From NCBI GenBank assembly GCA_964016885.1, contig OZ024741.1, positions 407,898,001 through 407,962,000 of the forward strand: a DNA stretch of 64,000 nucleotides, given 5' to 3'. Each line of letters starts with the position of its first letter. Position 1 is the stretch's first letter. The stretch is from Eledone cirrhosa (lineage: Eukaryota). The notes under the pieces are model-generated. The model made no database searches and was not told where the DNA came from. It was given only the letters and a program-made list of their open reading frames with translations. Below are positions 50,230-61,150 of this stretch, piece by piece. The position numbers and the translations under genes were made by a program.

Positions 50230-53200
50230 CTGGTGGTGTTGGTGGTAGTGTTGGTACTGGTGGTGTTGGTGGTAGTGTTGGTACTACTGGTGTTGGTGGT
50301 AGTGATGGTACTGGTGGTGTTGGTGGTAGTGTTGGTACTTGTGGTGTTGGTGGTAGTGTTGTTACTGGTGGTATTGGTGATAGTGTTGGTACTGATGGTG
50401 GAGGTGGTAGTGTTGGTACTGATGGTGTTGGTGGTAGTGTTGGTACTGGTGGTGTTGGTGGTAGTGTTGGTACTGCTGGTGTAGGTGGTAGTGTTGGTAC
50501 TGGTGGTGTTGGTGGTAGTGTTGGTACTGCTGGTGTTGGTGGTAGTGTTGGTACTGGTACTGGTGGTGTTGGTGGTAGTGTTGGTACTGATGGTGTTGGT
50601 GGTAGTGTTGGTACTGGTGCTGGTTGTGGTAGTGTTGGTACTGGTGGTGTTGGTGGTAGTGTTGGTACTGGTGGTGGAGGTGGTAGTGTTGGTACTGGTG
50701 GTGTTGGTGGTAGTGTTGGTACTGGTGGTGGAGGTGGTAGTGTTGGTACTGGTGGTGTTGGTGGTAGTGTTGGTACTGGTGGGGTTGGTGGTAGTGTTGG
50801 TAATGGTGGTGTTGGTGATAGTGTTGGTACTGATGGTGTTGGTGGTAGTGTTGGGACTGGTTGTGTTGGTAGTAGTGTTGGTACTGCTGGTGTTGGTGGT
50901 AGTGTTGGTACTGCTACTGGTGGTGTTGGTGGTAGTGTTTGTACTGGTGGTGTTGGTGTTAGTGTTTGTACTGGTGGTGTTAGTGGTAGTGTTGGTACTG
51001 GTGGTGTTGATGGTAGTGTTGGTACTGGTGGTGTTGGTAGTAGTGTTGGTACTGGTGGTGTTGGTGGTATTGTTGGTACTGGTGGTGTTGATGGTAGTGT
51101 TGGTACTGGTGGTGTTGGTGGTAGTGTTGGTACTGATGGTGTTGGTGGTAGTGTTGGTACTGGTGGTGTTGGTGGTAGTGTTGGTACTGGTGGTGTTGGT
51201 GGTAGTGTTGGTACTGATGGTGTTGGTACTGGTGGTATTGGTGGTAGTGTTGGTACTGGTGGTGTTGGTGGTAGTGTTGGTACTGGTGGTGTTGGTGGTA
51301 GTGTTGGTACTGCTGGTTATGGTGGTAGTGTTGGTACTGCTGGTGTTGGTGGTAGTGATGGCACTGGTGGTGTTGGTAGTAGTGTTGGTACTGGTGGTGT
51401 TGGTGGTAGTGTTTGTACTGGTGGTGTTGGTGGTAGTGTTGGTACTGGTGGTGTTGGTGGTAGTGTTAGTACTGGTGGTGTTGGTAGTAGTGTTGGTACT
51501 GGTGGTGTTGATGGTAGTGTTGGTACTGGTGGTGTTGGTGGTAGTGTTGTTACTGATGGTGTTGGTGGTAGTGTTGGTACTGGTGGTGTTGGTGGTAGTG
51601 TTGGTACTGGTGGTGTTGGTGGTAGTGTTGGTACAGGTGGTGTTGGTGGTAGTGTTGGTATTGATGGTGTTGGTGGTAGTGTTGGTACTGGTGGTGTTGG
51701 TGGTAGTGTTGGTACTGGTGGTGTTGGTGGTAGTGTTGGTACTGGTGGTGTTGGTGGTGGTGTTGGTGGTAGTGTTGGTACTGGTGGTGTTGGTGGTAGT
51801 GTTGGTACTGGTGGTGTTGGTGGTAGTGTTGGTACTGCTGGTGTTGGTCGTAGTTTTGGTACTGGTGGTGTTGGTGGTAGTGTTGGTACTGGTGGTGTTG
51901 GTAGTAGTGTTGGTACTGGTGGTGTTGGTGGTAGTGTTGGTACTGGTGGTGTTGGTGGTAGTGTTGGTACTACTGGTGTTGGTGGTAGTGATGGTACTGG
52001 TGGTGTTGGTGGTAGTGTTGGTACTTGTGGTGTTGGTGGTAGTGTTGTTACTGGTGGTATTGGTGATAGTGTTGGTACTGATGGTGGAGGTGGTAGTGTT
52101 GGTACTGATGGTGTTGGTGGTAGTGTTGGTACTGGTGGTGTTGGTGGTAGTGTTGGTACTGCTGGTGTAGGTGGTAGTGTTGGTACTGGTGGTGTTGGTG
52201 GTAGTGTTGGTACTGCTGGTGTTGGTGGTAGTGTTGGTACTGGTACTGGTGGTGTTGGTGGTAGTGTTGGTACTGATGGTGTTGGTGGTAGTGTTGGTAC
52301 TGGTGCTGGTTGTGGTAGTGTTGGTACTGGTGGTGTTGGTGGTAGTGTTGGTACTGGTGGTGGAGGTGGTAGTGTTGGTACTGGTGGTGTTGGTGGTAGT
52401 GTTGGTACTGGTGGTGGAGGTGGTAGTGTTGGTACTGGTGGTGTTGGTGGTAGTGTTGGTACTGGTGGGGTTGGTGGTAGTGTTGGTAATGGTGGTGTTG
52501 GTGATAGTGTTGGTACTGATGGTGTTGGTGGTAGTGTTGGGACTGGTTGTGTTGGTAGTAGTGTTGGTACTGCTGGTGTTGGTGGTAGTGTTGGTACTGC
52601 TACTGGTGGTGTTGGTGGTAGTGTTTGTACTGGTGGTGTTGGTGTTAGTGTTTGTACTGGTGGTGTTAGTGGTAGTGTTGGTACTGGTGGTGTTGATGGT
52701 AGTGTTGGTACTGGTGGTGTTGGTAGTAGTGTTGGTACTGGTGGTGTTGGTGGTATTGTTGGTACTGGTGGTGTTGATGGTAGTGTTGGTACTGGTGGTG
52801 TTGGTGGTAGTGTTGGTACTGATGGTGTTGGTGGTAGTGTTGGTACTGGTGGTGTTGGTGGTAGTGTTGGTACTGGTGGTGTTGGTGGTAGTGTTGGTAC
52901 TGATGGTGTTGGTACTGGTGGTATTGGTGGTAGTGTTGGTACTGGTGGTGTTGGTGGTAGTGTTGGTACTGGTGGTGTTGGTGGTAGTGTTGGTACTGCT
53001 GGTTATGGTGGTAGTGTTGGTACTGCTGGTGTTGGTGGTAGTGATGGCACTGTGGTGTTGGTAGTAGTGTTGGTACTGGTGGTGTTGGTGGTAGTGTTTG
53101 TACTGGTGGTGTTGGTGGTAGTGTTGGTACTGGTGGTGTTGGTGGTAGTGTTAGTACTGGTGGTGTTGGTAGTAGTGTTGGTACTGGTGGTGTTGATGGT

Positions 53201-53590
53201 AGTGTTGTTACTGATGGTGTTGGTGGTAGTGTTGGTACTGGTGGTGTTGGTGGTAGTGTTGGTACTGGTGGTGTTGGTGGTAGTGTTGGTACAGGTGGTG
53301 TTGGTGGTAGTGTTGGTATTGATGGTGTTGGTGGTAGTGTTGGTACTGGTGGTGTTGGTGGTAGTGTTGGTACTGGTGGTGTTGGTGGTAGTGTTGGTAC
53401 TGCTGGTGTTGGTGGTGGTGTTGGTGGTAGTGTTGGTACTGGTGGTGTTGGTGGTAGTGTTGGTACTGGTGGTGTTGGTGGTAGTGTTGGTACTGCTGGT
53501 GTTGGTCGTAGTTTTGGTACTGGTGGTGTTGGTGGTAGTGTTGGTACTGGTGGTGTTGGTAGTAGTGTTGGTACTGGTGGTGTTGGTGGT
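50230..53590 (+). repeat. Near-perfect tandem duplication, period 1686 bp
   Basis: GTACTACTGG occurs at 50281/51967, and ORF starts 50485/52171 give identical translations. The offset later falls to 1658 (GGTCGT at 51846/53504), explained by a 1-bp deletion at about 53051 plus loss of one 27-bp monomer at about 53200. Confidence 0.92.
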
Positions 53591-54119
53591 ATTGTTGATA
53601 CTGGTGGTGTTGGTTGTAGTGTTGCTACTGGTGGTGTTGGTGGTAGTGTTGGTACTGGTGGTTTTGGTGGTAGTGTTGGTACAGGTGGTGTTGGTGGTAG
53701 TGTTGGTATTGATGGTGTTGGTACTGGTGGTGTTGGTACTGGTGGTGTTGGTGGTAGTGTTGGTACTGGTGGTTTTGGTGGTAGTGTTGGTACAGGTGGT
53801 GTTGGTGGTAGTGTTGGTATTGATGGTGTTGGTACTGGTGGTGTTGGTACTGGTGGTGTTGGTGGTTGTGTTGGTACTGGTGTTGTTGGTGGTAGTGTTG
53901 GTACTGGTGGTGTTGGTGGTAGTGTTGGTACTGCTGGTGTTGGTGGTAGTGTTGGTACTGGTGGTGTTGGTGGTAGTGTTGGCACTGGTGGTGTTGGTAG
54001 TAGTGTTGGTACTGGTGGTGTTGGTGGTATTGTTGGTACTGGTGGTGTTGGTGGTAGTGTTGGCACTGGTGGTGTTGGTTGTAGTGTTGGTACTGGTGGT
54101 GTTGGTGGTAGTGTTGGTA

Positions 54120-57100
54120 CTGGTGGTGTTGGTGGTAGTGTTGGTACTGCTGGTGTTGGTGGTAGTGTTGGTACTGGTGGTGTTGGTGGTAGTGTTGGTA
54201 CTGGTGGTGTTGGTGGTAGTGTTGGTACTGGTGGTGTTGGTGGTAGTGTTGGTACTGGTGGCGTTGGTGTTGGTGGTAGTGTTTACACTGGTGGTGTTGG
54301 TGGTAGTGTTGGTACTGGTGGTGTTGGTGGTAGTGTTGGTACTGGTGGTGTTGGTGGTAGTGTTGGTAATGATGGTGTTGGTGGTAGTGTTGTTACTGGT
54401 TGTGTTGGTGGTAGTGTTGGTACTGGTGGTGTTGGTGGTAGTGTTGGTACTGGTGGTGTTGGTGGTAGTGTTGGTACTGGTGGTGTTGTTGGCAGTGTTG
54501 TTACTGGTGGTGTTGGTGGTAGTGTTGGTACTGGGGTGTTGGTGGTAGTGTTGGTACTGGTGGGGTTGGTGGTAGTGTTGGTACTGGTGGCGTTGGTTGT
54601 AGTGTTGGTACTGGTGGTGTTGGAGTTGGTGGTAGTGTTTGTATTGGTGGTGTTGGTGGTAGTGTTGGTACTGGTGGTGTTGGGGGTAGTGTTGTTTCTG
54701 GTGGTGTTGGTGGTAAGGTTGGTAGCGGTGGTGTTGGTGGTAGTGTTTGTACGGGTGGTGTTGGTGATAGTGTTGGTACTGGTACTGGTGGTGTTGGTGG
54801 TAGTGTTGTTACTGGTGGTGTTGGTGGTAGTGTTGGTACTGGTGGTGTTGGTGGTAGTATTGGTACTGGTGGTGTTGGAGGTAGTGTTGGTACTGGTATT
54901 GGTTGTGTTGGTGGTAGTGTTGGTACTGGTGGTGTTGGTGGTAGTGTTGTTAATGGTGGTGTTGGTGGTAGTGTTGGTACTGGTGGTGTTGGTGGTAGTG
55001 TTGGTACTGGTGGTGTTGGTGGTAGTGTTGGTACTGGTGGTGTTGGTGGGAGTGTTGTTACTGGTGGTGTTGGTGGTAGTGTTGTTACTGGTGGTGTTGG
55101 TGGTAGTGTTGGTACTGTTGGTGTTGGTGTTGGTGGTAGTGTTTATACTGGTGGTGTTGGTGGTAGTGTTGGTACTGGTGGTGTTGCTGGTAGTGTTAGT
55201 ACTGGTGGTGTTGGTGGTAGTGTTGGTACTGGTGGTATTGGTGGTAGTGTTGTTACTGGTGGTGTTGGTGGTAGTGTTGGTACTGGTGGTGTTGGTGGTA
55301 GTGTTGGTACTGGTGGTGGTGGTGGTTGTAGTGTTGGTACTGGTGGTGTTGGTGGTAGTGTTGGTACTGGTGGTGTTGGTGGTAGTGTTGGTACTGGTAC
55401 TGGTGGTGTTGGTGGTAGTGTTGGTACTGGTAGTGTTGGTGGTAGTGTTGGTACTGCTGGTATTGGTGGTAGTGTTGGTGCTGGTGGTGTTGGTGGTAGT
55501 GTTATTACTGGTGGTGTTGGTGGTAGTGTTGTTACTGGTGGTATTGGTGGTAGTGTTGGTACTGATGGTGGAGGTGATAGTGTTGGTACTGGTGGTGTTG
55601 GTGATAGTTTTGGTACTTGTGGTGTTGGTGGTACTGTTGGTACTGGTGGTGTTGGTGGTAGTGTTGTTACTGGTGGTGTTGGTGGTAGTGTTGGTACTGC
55701 TGGTGTAGGTGGTAGTGTTGGTACTGGTGGTGTTGGTGGTAGTGTTGGTACTGGTGGTGTTGGTGGTAGTGTTGGTACTGGTGGTGTTGGTGGTAGTGTT
55801 GGATCTGGTGGTGTTGGTGGTATTGTTGGTACTGGTGGTGTTGGTGGTAGTGTTGGTACTGGTGGTGTTGGTGGTAGTGTTGGTACTGGTGGTGTTGGTG
55901 GTAGTGTTGGTACTGGTGGTGTTGGTGGTAGTGTTGGTACTGGTGGTGTTGGTACTGGTGGTGTTGGTTTTAGTGTTGGTACTGGTACTGGTGGTGTTGG
56001 TGGTAGTGTTGGTACTGGTGTTGTTGGTGGTAGTGTTGGTACTGATGGTGTTGGTACTGGTGGTGTTGGCGGTAGTGTTGGTACTGGTGGTGTTGGTGAT
56101 AGTGTTGGTACTGCTGGTGTTGGTGGTAGTGTTGGTACTGGTGGTGTTGGTAGTAGTGTTGGTACTGGTGGTGTTGGTGGTAGTGTTGGAATTGGTGGTG
56201 TTGGTTGTAGTGTTGGTACTGGTGGTGTTGGTGGTAGTGTTGGTACTGGTACTGGTGGTGTTGGTGGTAGTGTTGGTACTAGTGGTGTTGGCGTTGGTGG
56301 TGTTGGTGGTAGTGTTGGTACTGGTGGTGTTGGTGGTAGTGTTGGTACTGGTGGCGTTGGTTATAGTGTTGTTACTGGTGGTGTTGGTGGTAGTGTTTGT
56401 ACTGGTGGTGTTGGTGGTAGTGTTGTTACTGGTGGTGTTGGTGGTAGTGTTGGTACTGGTGGTGTTGGTGGTAGTGTTGTACTGCTGGTTATGGTGGTAG
56501 TGTTGGTACTGGTGGTGTTGGTGGTAGTGTTGTACTGCTGGTTATGGTGGTAGTGATGGCACTGGTGGTGTTGGTAGTAGTGTTGGTACTGGTGGTGTTG
56601 GTGGTAGTGTTTGTATTGGTGGTGTTGGTGTTAGTGTTTGTACTGGTGGTGTTGGTGGTAGTGTTGGTACTGGTGGTGTTGGTGGTAGTGTTGGTACTGG
56701 TGGTGTTGGTGGTAGTGTTGGTACTGGTGGTGGTGGTGGTTGTAGTGTTGGTACTGGTGGTGTTGGTGGTAGTGTTGGTACTGGTGGTGTTGGTGGTAGT
56801 GTTGGTACTGGTACTGGTGGTGTTGGTGGTAGTGTTGGTACTGGTAGTGTTGGTGGTAGTGTTGGTACTGCTGGTATTGGTGGTAGTGTTGGTACTGGTG
56901 GTGTTGGTGGTAGTGTTATTACTGGTGGTGTTGGTGGTAGTGTTGTTACTGGTGGTGTTGGTGGTAGTGTTGGTACTGATGGTGGAGGTGATAGTGTTGG
57001 TACTGGTGGTGTTGGTGATAGTTTTGGTACTTGTGGTGTTGGTGGTACTGTTGGTACTGGTGGTGTTGGTGGTAGTGTTGTTACTGGTGGTGTTGGTGGT

Positions 57101-60100
57101 AGTGTTGGTACTGCTGGTGTAGGTGGTAGTGTTGGTACTGGTGGTGTTGGTGGTAGTGTTGGTACTGGTGGTGTTGGTGGTAGTGTTGGTACTGGTGGTG
57201 TTGGTGGTAGTGTTGGATCTGGTGGTGTTGGTGGTATTGTTGGTACTGGTGGTGTTGGTGGTAGTGTTGGTACTGGTGGTGTTGGTGGTAGTGTTGGTAC
57301 TGGTGGTGTTGGTGGTAGTGTTGGTACTGGTGGTGTTGGTGGTAGTGTTGGTACTGGTGGTGTTGGTACTGGTGGTGTTGGTTTTAGTGTTGGTACTGGT
57401 ACTGGTGGTGTTGGTGGTAGTGTTGGTACTGGTGTTGTTGGTGGTAGTGTTGGTACTGATGGTGTTGGTACTGGTGGTGTTGGCGGTAGTGTTGGTACTG
57501 GTGGTGTTGGTGATAGTGTTGGTACTGCTGGTGTTGGTGGTAGTGTTGGTACTGGTGGTGTTGGTAGTAGTGTTGGTACTGGTGGTGTTGGTGGTAGTGT
57601 TGGAATTGGTGGTGTTGGTTGTAGTGTTGGTACTGGTGGTGTTGGTGGTAGTGTTGGTACTGGTACTGGTGGTGTTGGTGGTAGTGTTGGTACTAGTGGT
57701 GTTGGCGTTGGTGGTGTTGGTGGTAGTGTTGGTACTGGTGGTGTTGGTGGTAGTGTTGGTACTGGTGGCGTTGGTTATAGTGTTGTTACTGGTGGTGTTG
57801 GTGGTAGTGTTTGTACTGGTGGTGTTGGTGGTAGTGTTGTTACTGGTGGTGTTGGTGGTAGTGTTGGTACTGGTGGTGTTGGTGGTAGTGTTGTACTGCT
57901 GGTTATGGTGGTAGTGTTGGTACTGGTGGTGTTGGTGGTAGTGTTGTACTGCTGGTTATGGTGGTAGTGATGGCACTGGTGGTGTTGGTAGTAGTGTTGG
58001 TACTGGTGGTGTTGGTGGTAGTGTTTGTATTGGTGGTGTTGGTGTTAGTGTTTGTACTGGTGGTGTTGGTGGTAGTGTTGGTACTGGTGGTGTTGGTGGT
58101 AGTGTTGGTACTGGTGGTGTTGGTAGTAGTGTTGGTACTGGTGGTGTTGGTGGTATTGTTGGTACTGGTGGTGTTGATGGTAGTATTGGTACTGGTGGTG
58201 TTGGTGGTAGTGTTGTTACTGATGGTGTTGGTGGTAGTGTTGGTACTTGTACTGTTGGTGTTGGTGGTAGTGTTGGTACTGGTGGTGTTGGTGGTAGTGT
58301 TGGTACTGGTGTTGTTGGTGGTAGTGTTGGTACTGGTGGTGTTGGTGGTAGTGTTGGTACTGCTGGTGTTGGTGGTAGTGTTGTTACTGGTGGTGTTGGT
58401 TGTAGTGTTGGTACTGGTGGTGTTGGTGGTAGTGTTGGTATTGGTGGTGTTGGTGGTAGTGTTGGTACTGCTGGTGTTGGTGGTAGTGTTGGTACTGGTG
58501 GTGTTGGTGGTAGTGTTGGTACTGGTGGTGTTGGTGGTAGTGTTGGTACTGGTGGTGTTGGTGGTAGTGTTGGTACTGCTGGTGTTGGTGGTAGTGTTGT
58601 TACTGGTAGTATTGGTGGTAGTGTTGGTACTGGTGGTTTTGGTGGTAGTGTTCGCACTGGTAGTGTTGGTAGTAGTGTTGGTACTGGTGGTGTTGCTGGT
58701 AGTGTTGGTTCTGGTGGTGTTGGTGGTAGTGTTTATACTGGTGGTGTTGGTGTTGGTGGTAGTGTTGGTACTGGTGGTGTTGTTGGTAGTGTTGGTACTG
58801 GTGGTATTGGTGGTAGTGTTGTTACTGGTGGTGTTGGTGCTAGTGTTGGTACTGGTGGTGTTGGTGGTAGTGTTCGTACTGGTGGTGTTGGTGGTAGTGT
58901 TGGTACTGGTGGTGTTGGTGGTAGTGTTGTTACTGATGGTGTTGGTGGTAGTGTTGGTACTGGTGGTGTTGGTGGTAGTGTTGGTTCTGCTGGTGTTGGT
59001 GGTAGTGTTTATACTGGTGGTGTTGGTGTTGGTGGTAGTGTTGGTACTGGTGGTGTTGGTGGTAGTGTTGTTACAGGTGGTGTTGGTGGTAGTTTTGGTA
59101 TTGGTGGTGTTGGTGGTAGTGTTTATATTGGTGGTGTTGGTGGTAGTGTTGGTACTGGTGGTATTGTTGGAAGTGTTGGTACTGGTGTTGTTGGTGGTAG
59201 TGTTGTTACTGGTGGTGTTGGTTGTAGTGTTGGTTCTGGTGGTGTTGGTGGTAGTGTTGGTATTGGTGGTGTTGGTGGTAGTGTTGGTACTGCTGGTGTT
59301 GGTGGTAGTGTTGGTACTGGTGGTGTTGGTGGTAGTGTTGGTACTGGTGGTGTTGGTGGTAGTGTTGGTACTGGTGGTGTTGGTGGTAGTGTTGGTACTG
59401 GTGGCGTTGGTGTTGGTGGTAGTGTTTATACTGGTGGAGTTGGTGGTAGTGTTGGTACTGGTGGTGTTGGTGGTAGTGTTGGTACTGGTGGTGTTGGTGG
59501 TAGTGTTGGTAATGTTGGTGTTGGTGGTAGTGTTGTTACTGGTTGTGTTGATGGTAGTGTTGGTACTGGTGGTGTTGGTGGTAGTGTTGGTACTGGTGGT
59601 GTTGGTGGTAGTGTTGGTACTGGTGGTGTTGTTGGCAGTGTTGTTACTGGTGGTGTTGGTGGTAGTGTTGGTACTGGGGTGTTGGTGGTAGTGTTGGTAC
59701 TGGTACTGGTGGTGTTGGTGGTAGTGTTGGTACTGGTGGTGGTGGTGTTGGTACTGGTACTGGTGGTAGTGTTGGTACTGGTACTGGTGGTGTTGGTGGT
59801 AGTGTTGGTACTGGTGGTGGTGGTGGTAGTGTTGGTACTGGTACTGGTGGTGGTGGTAGTGTTGGTACTGGTGGTGTTGGTGGTAGTGTTGTTACTGGTG
59901 GTGTTGGTGGTAGTGTTGGTACTGCTGGTGTTGGTGGTAGTGTTGGTACTGGTGGTGTTGGTGGTAGTGTTGGTGGTAGTGTTGTTACTGGTGGTGTTGG
60001 TGGTAGTGTTGGTACTGCTGGTGTTGGTGGTAGTGTTGTTACTGGTGGTGTTGGTGGTAGTGTTGGTACTGTTGGTGTTGGTGGTAGTGTTGGTACTGGT

Positions 60101-61150
60101 GGTGTTGGAGTTGGTGGTAGTGTTTGTATTGGTGGTGTTGGTGGTAGTGTTGGTACTGGTGGTGTTGGAGTTGGTGGTAGTGTTTGTATTGGTGGTGTTG
60201 GTGGTAGTGTTGTTTCTGGTGGTGTTGGTGTCAAGGTTGGTAGCGGTGGTGTTGGTGGTAGTGTTTGTACTGGTGGTGTTGGTGATAGTGTTGGTACTGG
60301 TACTGGTGGTGTTGGTGGTATTGTTGGTACTGGTGGCGTTGGTTATAGTGTTGTTACTGGTGGTGTTGGTGGTAGTGTTGGTACTGGTGGTGTTGGTGGT
60401 AGTATTGGTACTGGTGGTGTTGGTGGTAGTGTTGGTACTGGTATTGGTTGTGTTGGTGGTAGTGTTGGTACTGGTGGTGTTGGTGGTAGTGTTGTTAATG
60501 GTGGTGTTGGTGGTAGTGTTGGTACTGGTGGTGTTGGTGGTAGTGTTGGTACTCGTGGTGTTGGTGGTAGTGTTGGTACTGGTGGTGTTGGTGGTAGTGT
60601 TGTTACTTGTGGTGTTGGTGGTAGTGTTGTTACTGGTGGTGTTGGTGGTAGTGTTGGTACTGTTGGTGTTGGTGTTGGTGGTAGTGTTTATACTGGTGGT
60701 GTTGGTGGTAGTGTTGGTACTGGTGGTGTTGCTGGTAGTGTTGGTACTGGTGGTGTTGCTGGTAGTGTTAGTACTGGTGTTGTTGGTGGTAGTGTTGGTA
60801 CTGGTGGTATTTGTGGTAGTGTTGGTACTGGTGGTGTTGGTGGTAGTGTTGGTACTGGTGGTGTTGGTGGTAGTGTTGGTACTGGTGGTGTTGTTGGTAG
60901 TGTTAGTACTGGTGGTGTTGGTGGTAGTGTTGGTACTGGTACTGGTGGTGTTGGTGGTAGTGTTGGTACTGGTAGTGTTGGTGGTAGTGTTGGTACTGCT
61001 GGTATTGGTGGTAGTGTTGGTACTGGTGGTGTTGGTGGTAGTGTTTGTACTGGTGGTGTTGGTGGTAGTGTTGTTACTGGTGGTATTGGTGGTAGTGTTG
61101 GTACTGATGGTGGAGGTGGTAGTGTTGGTACTTGTGGTGTTGGTGGTACT
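54120..61150 (+). repeat. Diverged duplication (about 54120-55650 vs about 59280-61150), related to the start of the 6-7 kb higher-order unit
   Basis: Shared markers: GTTGTTGGCAGT...ACTGGGGTGTT (54530/59673), AAGGTTGGTAGCGGT (54715/60233) and GTTAATGGT (AAT at 54952/60497). GGTAGCGGT and GTTAATGGT are also markers in the 29.8-49.4 kb HOR copies. Confidence 0.75.
55270..58120 (+). repeat. Near-perfect tandem duplication, period 1414 bp, with a nested 53-bp duplication
   Basis: GGTTGTAGT has its TGT at 55327/56741, and ORFs 55709..56500 and 57123..57914 are identical. The nested GTTGTACTGCTGGTTAT lies at 56476/56529 and again at +1414. Differences are few (e.g. GCT 55480 vs ACT 56894). Confidence 0.92.
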
